From: Mobula hypostoma
Lineage: Eukaryota
Length of the DNA: 64,000 nt
Assembly: GCF_963921235.1 (NCBI RefSeq)
Contig: NC_086098.1
Span: 4,278,001 to 4,342,000 of the forward strand
Direction: 5' to 3'
Numbering within the stretch: the first letter of the stretch is position 1; each line of letters begins with the position of its first letter. The position numbers were made by a program, and so were the translations under genes. The notes beneath the pieces were generated by a model. That model did not search any database. It worked only from the letters and a program-made list of their open reading frames with translations, and was not told where the DNA came from. Below, piece after piece: positions 1 through 12,319 of this stretch.

Positions 1-1595
1 TGTAAGGTCGCCTACTGTTGATAGGGTTACTTTACTCGTTTGCCCACGCCAGCCAGGGATCAGATTTTGGAGCAGGACCCTTCAGGGTTGCTGACTCAAG
101 TTACTCTTTCAGGAGACACTTGTACACTAGAATGTTTGCTACCATTAACATCAGAACAGACAGACAGGAATTCTGTATTGTAGTCCGTGCCACTGCATTT
201 GTTCACATACAAATTTAATACGATTATTCTCGATAGCGTCCTTCCGAACATTGATTTGGCATTAACAAAGATGTTAACAATACTTGCAAGAAACAACATC
301 AGGAAAGGGAAAGTTCTTTCAAAATTTACATTATTGAGTTGAATGCTGATTTGTTGAATCAAACAAACTCTGTTGATAAGAGTTTGAAGCTCTCATTTGT
401 TTCGCAGACCTGAGTCACAGGACCCAAATGCTTACAACTTGAAAAGCTCAGAATGAAGACAGGAGAAACTCAGAACATAGACTAGAGACACTCAGAACGT
501 GGGCCTGAAATTAGATGGTATTCTTATCGAAAGCCACCCGATGTCAAAATGCAGCTGTTCAACCTCCACTGGGCCCATAGCTTGGTGGGGTCCTTCTGCC
601 ACAACGTGCACTGGCAATATCGGAACCCAAGTGGACAGTCGAGAGTTTATTCATAATTCCAAGCAACATCAGAAGATGTAACATTCTCAAAACTGTGATG
701 ATCAGGCGTCTGCTTAAATAGTAATAGTAACTTGGAATCCCTGACCTATCAAAATAAAAAACAAGCTTAAACCGAAAGCAGCAGGAGACCACATTACAAA
801 GAGCGAGTCGCTCGAGAAAAACACAACTCTAAACGATCAACGAGGAGGGACAGGAACCTGAAGCCACGCACTCAACATTTCAGCTCAGCTTCGTCCTCTT
901 TGCCATCAGATTTCTGACTGGTCCGTTAACCCACGAACACCACCTCACCATTGTGCTACCCTTTTGCACTACTTATCTATATTTTTCTCACTGTAGCTTA
1001 CACTAATTTTGTTACGCCTTGCACTGTATTGTTGCTGCAAAATGACAAATTTCACAACATATGCCAGTGATACTAAACTGGACCCTGATTCAATTGTGCT
1101 GTTTTAAAGAACCGGGAATCTGTCGTCTCCACAGGCCCACCTCCTGGTGGCATGAGTGAGGAAGGGGCCACGGCAGTGCAGAATGGGGTGGTGGAAGAGG
1201 CAGACGCATTAGGGGTGTTTATACAGGCACATGAACCTGAGGAAAATGGCAGGATAGAAATATTGTGTGGGCAGAAGAGATTAATTTAGTTGTCCATTTG
1301 ATTGATTTGGCACAACACTGGGCAACAAAGGGCTTGTTCCTATCCAGTACTGTTCTGAGTTCAATCTTCTAGCAGTGCTTTCAGATAACAGAGACCTGCT
1401 TCCTACTTCACCAACCATTAAAATAGGCTATAAAATATAGAAAATAAATAAATATGATAGTAAGTATAGAAAAAAATCACACCAGCAGTAATTGTGCAGA
1501 GTAGCAGTTCGTGCAATGCTCTTACTGTGCGAACAACGTGGGTTCAGTTCCATTGCTGTCTATAGGGAGTTGTATGATCCCCCATGACTGCATGG

Positions 1596-2230
1596 ACATC
1601 CAGAGTCCCACCTACCATCATACCCCACGAGCCTACGCACATCACTCTCCACAACTTCTGCCATCTTCAACAGGATCTGACCACCAAACACATCTTTACC
1701 TCCCCCACCCCTCTCTGCTTTCTGCAGGGATCCCTTGCTCCAAGATTCCCTGGTCCAATCATTCCCCCCCCCCCCGCCATTAAACTGCATCCTGGCATTT
1801 ATCCTTGAAAGCAGGACATGTGCTACACCTGATATTCACGTTGTCCCTCACCACATTTCCAGGCCCCAAACAGTCCTTCCAGGTGAGGCAACACTTCACC
1901 TGCAAGACTGTCGGAGTCATCCCCTGTATCCAGTGCTCCGATGTAAGACTCCACTTACGTCAGACAGACCCAACGTAGATTGGGAGAGCACTTCTTGTAC
2001 CTTTTCTCCTTCTGCCGCAACAGGTGGGATTTCCTGCTGACAACCCATTCTAATACCACTTCCCAATCCAATTTTAACACGTTGCTCCATGGCCTTCTCT
2101 ACTCTCACAATGAGGTCACACTCAGGTTGGAGGAGCATCTGGGTAACCTCCAATCTGATGGCATGAAGATTGATTTCTCCAACTTCTCCCCTCTCCCTTC
2201 TTTCCTTTATTAATTCACCATTCTGACCTC
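1596..2230 (+). mobile_element. Old, decayed Penelope-like element 3' region (GIY-YIG part)
   Basis: Colinear diverged match to 49170-49780 (cttccaggtgaggcaacacttcacctg, ggtaacctccaatctgatggcatgaa). Confidence 0.85.
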
Positions 2231-2269
2231 TCTACCCCTAGCACTCTCCGCCCCTGGTGCCACCAACCT

Positions 2270-2620
2270 GGCTGCAGTTGTGAGCTGATGGGTCATCCAT
2301 CTCCCCAACAGTAACAAAAGGGCCATACTTGTTGCTGAGGGGAATGGCTACAGGGGAACCCTGCAGTTAGTTCTTAATCCCCATACTTCTCCTGGTGGTC
2401 TCCCATCTACTGTCTGAAGCCTGCACTCTGGCTGTGACCACCTCTTCAAACATCTCGTCTATAATACCTTCAGCCTCCTGAATGATCCTGAGAACATTCA
2501 ACTCCAGCTCCAACTTCTTGACCTGGTCAGTCAGACGCTGAAGTTCATCCAACAGATATAGTCATCAGGGAAACTGTCAGGTATCCCGAATTCCCCCATC
2601 CGACTGAAGGAGCGTTCCAT
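2270..2620 (-). mobile_element. CR1 ORF1 fragment
   Basis: ORF 2367-2552 (VKKLELELNVLRIIQEAEGIIDEMFEEVVT) resembles the coiled-coil of CR1 ORF1. Confidence 0.65.
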
Positions 2621-2884
2621 CCTGACTACTCTTCAAACGAGAAAAAGGCTTGCTTCTTCTTATCTGTTTCCCTGTTCATGCAGAAGCCTATTAAACCAAA
2701 GCCTACACACTCTATCACTGGCACGCTCACACAATGGCCACTCCACTTGAGCCTGCCCTCCCTTTCTGTCCAGCTGAGGTTAGACCTCTGACGCCAACAC
2801 TTTCCATGCCTGTACAGCCCAAACAGTACAGCCTTGGCCGGATCTGCTCCTTTCCTCCTCCCTCTCCCTCCTTCCGTAGAGGCT

Positions 2885-3332
2885 CAGTGTTTGTTGAGAC
2901 TGAACATCAGAATGGGGAAGAAATGTGAGCCAAGTGTCTTTGACTTGGAATGATTGTTGGTGTCAGACAGGGTAGTTTGAGTATCTCTGAAACTGTTGAT
3001 CTTCTGGGATTTTCATGGACATCAGTCTCTGGAGTTTACAGGGAACGGTGAGATATACAAAAAACATCCAGTGAGTGGGAGTTCTGTGGGCAAAAGTGCC
3101 TTGTTAATGAGAGAGGTCAGAGAAGAATGACCAGACTGGTTCAAGCTGACAGGAAGGCAACAAGAACTCAAATAACCATGGGGTATAACAGTAATGTGTG
3201 GAAGAGTATATCTGAACACACAATACATCAAATCTTGAAGTAGATGGGCTACAGCAGCAGAAGACCATAAACAGACACTCAGAGGCCATCTTATTATGGA
3301 CAGGAAGTAACTAATAAAGTGGCCACTGGGTG
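2885..3332 (+). mobile_element. Tc1-like transposon, internally deleted (HTH region plus right TIR)
   Basis: Degenerate MIVGVRQGSLSISETVDLLGFS...RLVQADRK...MGYSSRRP reading. Ends in taataaagtggccactgggtg; the same TIR motif recurs near 44836-44860. Confidence 0.8.
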
Positions 3333-3687
3333 CCTTTCTCAGATCTAAGTCTTTCTTCAATCAGCCTGTTAGCTTTGCTAAAAGCTACACCCTGGTGACC
3401 ATTCAACCCAATACAATCAACCTTTTTACTTTACTCTGACACTGCCGTTCCACCAGACAAAAGAAAGTGAGCTTCTCAGTTTGGATTCAGGCTAAATGTG
3501 GCTTCTCAATACTAAAAGGAAGCAACAAAATAGAAAAGGGGTTTCCTTAAGCCTTGACCATAAAAAAAATTGTTAATCAACCGAGCGTTCTATTGGAGAT
3601 ACCCTATGTAGTCACGTTGTTTGGTACCCCTGGACTTAACAAAGTGGCCAGACGTGTATGTTCATGATGTCGAAATGTTCCCACTGA

Positions 3688-5994
3688 AGGTGCTTGATAG
3701 AGTTGAATGGGAATATTTATTTAACATGCTTGAGAAATTTAATTTTAGCCCAAAATTCATATTTTGGATTAAATTGATATATCATACACCTTTGGCTTCT
3801 GTACTTACCAACAATCAGAGACCCCCCCCTTTTTTTTAGGCTTTTTCAAGGTACTAGACACAGCTGTCCTTTAAGCCCTTTACTATTTGATATCGCCTTG
3901 GAGCCCTTGGCAATCGCCCTTCGTGATTCACCCAATATATTTGGCATTATTCGTGGGAATGGGACGCATAAGGTATTACTATATGCAGATGACCTGTTAC
4001 TAAACCCAGAGGAATCCATCCCTGCAGTAATAACAATACTTGCTCAGTTTAGTAGTTTTTCTGATTATAAATTGAATCTTAATAAGAGTGAGCTTTTTCC
4101 ATTAAATATGCATGTCCCAATCTATAGATAATCACCATTTAGACTGGTTACTGATTATTTTACTTATTTGGGTGTTAAAATTACTAAGAAGCATAAAGAT
4201 CCATTTAAAGTTAACTTTTTACCCTTAATTGATCATGTTAAACAACTGCTTACTAAATGGTCCCCGTTGTCCTTATCATTGATTGGCCAAATTAATGCTA
4301 TTAAGATGATTATTTTACCTAAATTTCTGTATCTATTTCAGGCAGTACCAATCTTCATTTCTAAATCCTTTTTTGATATTATTGATTCTAAAGTTTCTTC
4401 ATATATAATGGCAGAATAAAAATCCTAGGTTAAGTAAGAAATACAGTATTTACAGAAATCAAAAAAGGATGACGGTTTGGCATTGCCGAACTTTAGATTC
4501 TACTATTGGGCAATTAATATTTGATATCTAACGTTTTGGACGCAAGATTTGGATGAAATTCAATGTCCACGATGGGTGAACCTCGAGTGTGAGTCTGTAC
4601 AGGGCTTCTCATTGGCTTCTATTTTAGGGGCTTTGTTTCCCTTTGCACTTACTAAACTGAATAAACAAATGATTAATCCAATGATTAAACATGCAATATG
4701 AATATGGGTTCAATTTCGTAAATTTTTTGAATTGAATAAATTTATCCTATCAAGTCCTATTGTATCCAATTTTTTTTCCTAACCATCCAGAATTGATCAA
4801 GCTTTTCTTTTATGGAAAACAAACATGTTTTCGTGATTTATTCATGGATAATTGTTTCATGTCTTTCGAACAGTTGTCTAATAAATATAATTTGCCTAGA
4901 TCACATTTTTTTCAGATATTTACAGATTAGAAACTTTTTGAATGTTATTTTACCTACTTTTCTGATACCACATCAAACTGAAATTACAGAAAAAAATTTA
5001 GGTTTAAATCCCTATCAGAAGAGTTTAATAGCAATTATTTATGATTTAATAACGAAAATACATCTAGGTGCATCTGATAAAATTAAGAATGAATGGGAAA
5101 GAGAACTTCAGGTATCTTTACCCATAGAGAAATGGGAGAAAATTCTCCAACTAGTTACCACTTCTTCAATGTGTGCTAGACACACTTTGATACAATTTAA
5201 GGTGGGTCATGGGGCCCACATGTCTAAGGATACATTAGCTCGTTTTTATTGCCATATAAATCCTGTCTGTGACAGATGTAATTCTGAGGTAGCTTCCTTG
5301 ACACATATGTTCTGGTCTTGCCCTCTTTTGGAAAAATATTGGAAAGATATTTTTGATATTATTTTAGTTTTGCATATTGATTTACAACCTCATCCTATTA
5401 CTGCAATTTTTGGACTACCAATAATAGACTTCAGTCATTTATCCCCTTCAGCTTGTCGTTTGATTGCATTTGTTACATTAATAGCCAGAAGATCCATTTT
5501 ATTTAAATGGAAAGATCCTAATTCCCCTACTGCATTTCAATGGTTTTCCCAAATTATAACATGTTTAAACTTGGAAAAAAATTAGGAGTGGTAGTATTGA
5601 TCCTTCGGTTAAATCTGAAGAAATGTGGAGGCCATTTATTCAACATTTTCATATGATATAAGTTGACCTTTTCCGAATCCTTTTCAATAACTTTTTGTTT
5701 GTGTATAGAGGAGCGGAGTTAATGACAAATAATGATTTTAACTGATGAAACATGGCAGCCCAGCTTTTGTTTTGTTTTGTTTTTTTTAGTGTAGGGGGAC
5801 TTTTTTTGTATAAAACTTTTTGAATCTTTTTCATGTTCAGTTATTAAGAGATTGGGAGGCTTAAATTACATATGTTACTCGGAGTCTGTGTCTGTATACG
5901 TTAACCATTATTAATGTAATCCTGATCTCTTTGTATCATCATTGTTATGTTTATCAACTCGAAACTTAATAAAAAAGATCGAGAAAGAAAGAAA
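3688..5994 (+). mobile_element. 5'-truncated L1/Tx1-clade LINE ORF2 (RT plus C-terminal CCHC), frameshifted
   Basis: DRVEWEYLF, GTRHSCPLSPLLFDIALEPLA, LLYADD, CDRCNSEVASLTHMFWSC; AATAAA and A-rich tail at about 5968-5994. Confidence 0.92.
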
Positions 5995-6315
5995 TGTTCC
6001 CACTACCAACCGACTCACTTTCAAGGACTCTTCATCTCATGTTCTCAATATTTATTGCTTATTTACTTATTATTATTATTTCCTCTTTTTGTATTTGCAC
6101 AGTTTGTTGTCTTCTGCACTCTGGTTGAAGCCCATGTTGGTCAGTCTTCAACTGATTTTGTTATGGTTATTACTCAATAGATTTATTGAGTATGCATGCA
6201 AGAGAATGAATCTCACGGTTGTATATGCTGACATAGTTGTACTTTGATAATAAACTTTACTTTAAACTTTGATGGAGTTTTTCCAGGAGATGAACGAGAG
6301 TGGTTGGCGAAGATA

Positions 6316-6705
6316 TCATAGTCATAGTCATACTTTATTGATCCCAGAGGGAAATTGGTTTTCGTTACAGTTGCACCATAAATAATAAATAGTAATAGAA
6401 CCATAAATAGTTAAATAGTAACATGTAAATTATGCCAGTAAATTATGAAATAAGTCCAGGACCAGCCTATTGGCTCAGGGTCTGACCCTCCAAGGGAGGA
6501 GTTGTAAAGTTTGATGGTCACAGGCAGGAATGACTTCCTATGACGCTCTGTGTTGCATCTCGGTGGAATGAGTCTCTGGCTGAATGTACTCCTGTGCCCA
6601 CCCAGTACATTATGTAGTGGATGGGAGACATTGACCAAGATGGCATGCAACTTGGACAGCATCCTCTTTTCAGACACCACCGTGAGAGAGTCCAGTTCCA
6701 TCCCA
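6316..6705 (-). mobile_element. Rex1/Babar-like LINE 3' end, copy 1
   Basis: C-terminal ORF ...HPLHNVL...TERHRKSFLPVTIKLYN and a (TATGAC)n tail; near-identical to 10928-11310. Confidence 0.85.
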
Positions 6706-6935
6706 TGGATATGCCCATGGATGACATCTACATGCATTTTAGTAGAGTGTTTGACAAGGTCCTACATGACAGCCTCATCCAGAGGATTCAGATGCATGAG
6801 ACTCATGGTGATTTGTCCACTTGGATCCAGAATTGACTTCCTATAAAAAGACCGAGGATAGTGGTTAAGGCGGCTTAGTCTGACTGGAGGTCTGTGAATA
6901 GTGGTATTCCACAAGGATTAGTTTTGGACCTTCAT

Positions 6936-7239
6936 ACATATAGGCATCCATTAGTCTCATGAGACCATGGATTTGCACCTTGGAAGGTTTCCAGGGCGCA
7001 GGCCTGAGCGAGGTTGTATGGAAGACCGGCAGTTGCCCATACTACAAGTCTCCCTTCTCCATGCCACCGATGTTGTCCAAGGGAAGGGCATTAGGACCCA
7101 TAGAGCTTGGCACCGGTGTCATCGCAGAGCACCGTGTGATTAAGTCCCTTGCTCAAGGACATAACACGCTGCCTCAGCCAAGGCTTGAACTAGCGACCTT
7201 CAGATCACTAGACGAACGCCTTAACCACTTGGCCACAGA
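6936..7239 (-). mobile_element. tRNA-derived SINE with 9-bp TSD, inserted in a CR1 RT fragment
   Basis: Minus strand A box TGGCCAAGTGG and B box GTTCAAGCC; TSD gaccttcat at 6927-6935 and 7240-7248. Confidence 0.85.
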
Positions 7240-7364
7240 GACCTTCATTGTTTGTTTTATTATATATATAATATAAAGATATATAAAATAATAAACCAGG
7301 ATGAAAAGGTACAGTGGATTAGTCAATTTGTACATAATATGAAGATTGGTGTTGCAGACAGTAT

Positions 7365-7980
7365 TAGACCACAAGACCATAAAATACAGGAGCTGATTTA
7401 GGCAATTTGGCCTATCGAGCACTCCACCATTTCATCATGGCTGATCCAATTTTCTCCTCAGTCCTGTCTTTACCTTCTCCCCATATCCCTTCATACCCTG
7501 AACAATCAAGAATCGATCAATCTCTTCATTAAATGTACGTAAAGATTTAGCCTCCACGGCTGCCTGTGGCAAAGAGTTCCACAGATTCACCACTCTCTGG
7601 CTAAATAAGTTCCTCCAAAACTCCATGTAAAGGGACACCCCTCTATTCTGAGGCTGTTTGTCCTCTGGTCTTAGACTTTCCCACCATAGGAAATATCCTC
7701 TCCACATTGACTCTATCACCATTCGATAGGTTTCAATTAGGTCACCCTTTATTCTTCTGAATTCTGGTGAATACAGGCCCAGAGCCCTCAAATGTTGTTC
7801 AATCCTGGAATAATTTTCATGAACCTCCTTTGAACCCTCTCCAGTTTCAGCACATCCTTTCTGAGATAAGGGACCCAAAACTGTTCACAATACTCCAAGT
7901 GAGGCCCCAACAGTAGTTTACAAAGTCTCAACATTACATCCTTGCTTTTAAATTCTAGTCCTCTTGAAATTAATGCATTG
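7365..7980 (-). mobile_element. CR1 LINE 3' end
   Basis: HLEYCEQFW, GDLIETY, FSQRVVNLWNSLP motifs. Confidence 0.9.
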
Positions 7981-8044
7981 AAGATGGACAAAGGATACAG
8001 TGGGATATCAATCAGTTGCAAATATGGATGGAGAAATAGACTCC

Positions 8045-9090
8045 ACTTAGCCCATAACCCTCCATTCCCTTCCTGCACTTAGCCCATAACCCTCCATTCC
8101 CTTCCTATCCATATATCTAACCAATTTAACTTTAAACGACAACATCGAACCTGCCTCAACCACTTCTTCTGGAAGCTCGTTCCACACAGCTACCACTCTC
8201 TGAGTAAAGAAGTTCCCCCTCATGCTACCCCTAAACTTTTGCCCTTTAACTCTCAACTCATGTCCTCTTATTTGAATCCCCCCCCCCACTCTCAATGGAA
8301 AAAGCCTATCCACGTCAACTCTATCTATCCCTCTCCTAAATACCTCTATCAAGTCCCCTTCTCAACCTTTTACGTTCCAAAGAATAAAGACCCAACTTGT
8401 TCAACCTTTCTCTGTAACTTAGGTGATGAAACCCAGGTAACATTCTAGTAAACCTTCTCTGTACTCTATTTTGTTGACATCTTTCCTATAATTCGGTGAC
8501 CAAAAGTGTACACAATACTCCAAGCAACACACATCAAATTTGCTGGTGAACGCAGCAGGCCAGGCAGCATCTCTAGGAAGAGGTACAGTTGGCGTTTTGG
8601 GCCGAGACTTCGCCCTGACAAAGGGTCTCGGCCCGAAACGCTGACTGTACCTCTTCCTAGAGATGCTGCCTGGCCTGCTGCGTTCACCAGCAAATTTGAT
8701 GTGTGTTGCTTGAATTTCCAGCATCTGCAGAATTCCTCGTGTTTACACAATACTCCAAGTTTGGCCTCACCAATGCCTTGTAGAATTTCAGCATTACATC
8801 CCAACTCCTATACTCAATGCTCTGATTTATAAAGGCCAGCATACCAAAAGCTTTCTTCACCACCCTATCCACATGAGATTCCACCTTCAGGGAACTATGC
8901 ACCATTATTCCTAGATCCCTCTGCTCTACTGCATTCTTCAATGTCCTACCATTTACCATGTATGTCCTATTTTGATTAGTCCTACCAAAATGAAGCACCT
9001 CACATTTATCAGCATTAAACTCCATCTGCCATCTTTCAGCCCACTCTTCTAACTGGCCTAAATCTCTCTGCAAGCTTTGAAAACCTACTT
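8045..9090 (-). mobile_element. CR1 LINE 3' part, interrupted by a Penelope-derived hairpin and itself inside an older plus-strand CR1 (about 7980-8045 and 9090-9705)
   Basis: WQMEFNADKCEVLHFG, LEYCVHFWSP, FFTQRVVAVWNELP. Confidence 0.9.
8525..8744 (+). mobile_element. 220-bp foldback (hairpin) Penelope-derived insertion with 15-bp TSD
   Basis: TSD acacaatactccaag at 8510-8524 and 8745-8759. Arms about 8521-8610 and 8620-8712 are reverse complements; sequence equals the Penelope 3' end at 50075-50207. Confidence 0.9.
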
Positions 9091-9705
9091 TGATGTGTAG
9101 TGGGATCTTGGATCTAAGTCCCCATAGCTCCCTCAAATTGGCTACATAGGTTAGCATGTTGAGACAGCATATGGCATGATTGCCTTTTATTAGTTGAAGC
9201 ATGGAGTTCAAAAGTCAGTAAGTTATGTTGTATCTTTATAAAAGTCTAGTTAGTCCGCATCTGGAGTATTGCACACAGCTCTGATCACCCCATGATAGGA
9301 AGGACGTTGAGGCTTTGGAGAGGGTGCAAAAGAGGTTTACCAGGATGATGTCTGGATTAGAAGACATGTTTTATAATGTGAGGTTGGACCAACTTGGGTT
9401 GTTTTCCCTGGAGCGGAGGATGCTGAAGGGAGCTCTGATAGAAGTTTGTAAGATTATGAGAGGCATTGATAGCATAGATATCTGTATCTTCTTCCTTGGG
9501 TTAAAATGTCTAATATCAGAGGGCATGCATTTAAGGCGAGAGGGGTTGCGAGAGGCAATTTGTTTTTTTGAAGTGGTGGGGGCCTGGAATGTGCTGCCAG
9601 GATGGTGCTGGAGGCAAATATGGTAGAGGTGTAAGGGGTGAGGGCTACAGAGGCATTGAAGAGGCTCTTAGACAGACACACCAGGAAATGGAGGGAGATG
9701 GATGT

Positions 9706-9992
9706 CACTGTAGAGTAGCAGTTAGCATGATGCTATTACAGCTCAGGGTGTTTCAAAGTTCGGATTCGCAGTGCAATTCCAGCACCGTTCTGTAAGGAAT
9801 CTCTGTATGTCCTTCCCGTGGGTTTTCGCCAGGTGCTCCAGGTTCCTCCCAAAGTCCAAAGACATACAAAGTAGGCTAGCTGTTGATTGTAAGTTGTACG
9901 TGATTATGTTAGGGTTAAATCGGGGTTGTGGGGTTGTGGGGTGGTGAGGCTTGAAGGGTCAGAAGCGCCTTCTCTGCGCTGGATCACTAAAT
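9706..9992 (+). mobile_element. tRNA-derived V-SINE-like (HE1-type) element; related copies near 1490-1595 (+), 21100-21270 (-), 60715-60990 (-), 63200-63282 (+)
   Basis: tRNA-like head followed by gtgggttttcgccaggtgctccaggttcctcccaaagtccaaagac, which resembles the V-domain. Confidence 0.7.
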
Positions 9993-10927
9993 AAGTAGCA
10001 GAAAGGATTAGTTCAGCTGGACATTTGACTGGTTCAGCACAGCACAGCGGTTTGAAGGGTCTGTCCCCGTCCGTGTCCCTGTCCCTGTGCTGTGTTCCAG
10101 TTTGAGCCAGCCAAGAATTCGGTGCATGTCACTGGCCTCGTTCTGTCAGTGAAAGGGGATTATTTCTGTTAGAGTTAAATTAATGACCACTAGGGGTCGG
10201 GACTGTATTAAAGATCATGAATATAGACAAAAGATCAAAATAAAATGCAAAATTTGAACGGGAATTTTATTAATTAAATCCAGTGGCAACAAACTTATTT
10301 GAACTAGTTCAACCTTAATTTCCTGAATAAATACAGGGGAAAGATTGCAGTCCTGAACAAACAATTTACATTATCGATTCCGTCTGTTACTGAGCAGGAT
10401 TAAATCAAACCAGATTCAGTAGTGCCTGTGTTTCCCGCACTATATAACCACACAAGTGAAATATTCAAGGGGAACCTGAGGGAGAGAACACCTTCACTCA
10501 GAGTGTGGAAGGGGCTGCCAGCTGAAGTGGTGGATGTGGGTACGATTTCAACATTTACAGCAAGAGAAATTTGGGTAGGTACCTGGATGAAAGGGGTATG
10601 GAGGGCTGCAGGTCGACAGGAGTAGGCAGATTAATAGTTTGGCATGCACTAGTTGGGCCAAAGGGCCTGTTACTAAGCTGTTTATGACTCCAAGTCTCCA
10701 AAATATCACTCAGCACACACACGCTCTCTTCCTGTACAAAGTCCACAGGACACAACCTTGCTAATTAGTTAGTACACATTAGTCTGCCAAAAACATACAG
10801 AGCATGGAGACTACGGTGTTATTCGGTTGACAAGACTACCAGATGTCAGAATTACTTCTTTAGAGCTCCGCACTACAGCTCATGCCCCTTCTCATCTCTG
10901 CCCTGTTAAGATGCGTTAGCCCAGTTA

Positions 10928-11465
10928 CATAGTCATACTTTATTGATCCCGGGGGAAATTGGTTTTCGTTACAGTTGCACCATAAATAATAAATAGTAAT
11001 AGAACCATAAATAGTTAAATGGTAATATGTAAATTATGCCAGTAAATTATGAAATAAGTCCAGGACCGGCCTATTGGCTCAGGGTGTCTGACCCTCCAAG
11101 AGAGGAGTTGTAAAGTTTGATGGCCACAGGCAGGAATGACTTCCTATGACGCTCTGTGTTGCATCTCAGTGGAATGAGTCTCTGGCTGAATGTACTCCTG
11201 TGCCCACCCAGTACATTATGTAGTGGATGGGAGACATTGACCAAGATGGCATGCAACTTGGACAGCATCCTCTTTTCAGACACCACCGTCAGAGAGTCCA
11301 GTTCCATCCCCACAACATCACTGGCCTTACGAATGAGTTTGTTGATTCTGTTGGTGTCTGCTACCCTCAGCCTGCTGCCCCAGCACACAACAGCAAACGT
11401 GATCGCACTGGCCACCACAGACTCGTAGATCATCCTCAGCATCGTCCGACAGATGTTAAAGAACC
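10928..11465 (-). mobile_element. Rex1/Babar-like LINE 3' end, copy 2
   Basis: Open ORF 11071-11442 (YESVVASAITFAVVCWGS...RKSFLPVAIKLYN). Confidence 0.88.
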
Positions 11466-11707
11466 CATGAAAGGAAACTTTAATAATCTGTAGATTAAAT
11501 GAGGGTTTACTTCTGTCATCTGCTGCAATTGTACCAGTTTTATGTAATTGTTTTTATAAATCTATAGGGAGTCATCTTTGCATTACTTTTTCATTTAGAG
11601 AGACAGGTGCAGAACAGGCCCCTCCAGACTAATAACATACCACCTGGCAACCCATCTATTTAACCTCAGCCCAATCACAGGACAATTTACAATCTCCAGT
11701 TAACCTA

Positions 11708-12316
11708 CCAGGGGTGATTAATAAGTTTGTGGCCTAAGGTAGAAGGAGTCAGTTTTAGAAAACGTAGCACATTCATTTTTCAACATAGTCCCCTCCTATA
11801 TTTACACACTTAGTCCAGCGGTCGTGGAGCATACAGATCTTGGACCTCCAGAAAGTGTCCACAGCAAGGGTGATTGATAAGTTCGTGGCCTAAGGTAGAA
11901 GGAGATGAGTTATACAGCTCTCGTTACATGCACATGCAGTTCAACTCTGAGTGATTATGCAGAAAGTTTGAGGTTGATAACTCATCTCCTTCTGCCTTAG
12001 GCCATGAACTTATCAATCACCCCTGATGCATTATTAACTAATGAGTTATTAACTTCAAACTTTCAGCATAATCAAAGAGTTGAACTGCACGTGCATATAA
12101 CGAGAGCTGTATAACTCATCTCCTTCTACCTTAGGCCACAAAGTTATCAATCACCCCTGCTGTGGACACTTTCTGGAGGTCCAAGATCCATGTGCTCCAC
12201 GACCGCTGGACTAAATGTATAAATGTAGGAGAGGACTACATTGAAAAATAAGTGTGCTGGGTTTTCTAAAATTGGCTCCTTCTACCTTAGGCCGCGAACT
12301 TATCAATCACCCCTCG
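11708..12316. mobile_element. Palindromic mariner-derived MITE with internal TIR copies, TA TSD
   Basis: TA|C(C/G)AGGGGTGATT(G/A)ATAAGTT...AACTTATCAATCACCCCTCG|TA; arms contain the mariner transposase C-terminus in both orientations. Confidence 0.88.
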
Positions 12317-12319
12317 TAC

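Noticed and set aside
96..362. 88-aa minus ORF in unique sequence
   Set aside because: No recognisable domain, no convincing splice sites, non-ATG start.
7170..7239. tRNA-like sequence with A and B boxes
   Set aside because: It is the head of a TSD-flanked SINE; no complete cloverleaf.
8043..8106. 31-bp tandem duplication (cacttagcccataaccctccattcccttcct)
   Set aside because: Ordinary slippage at a LINE end; no functional signal.
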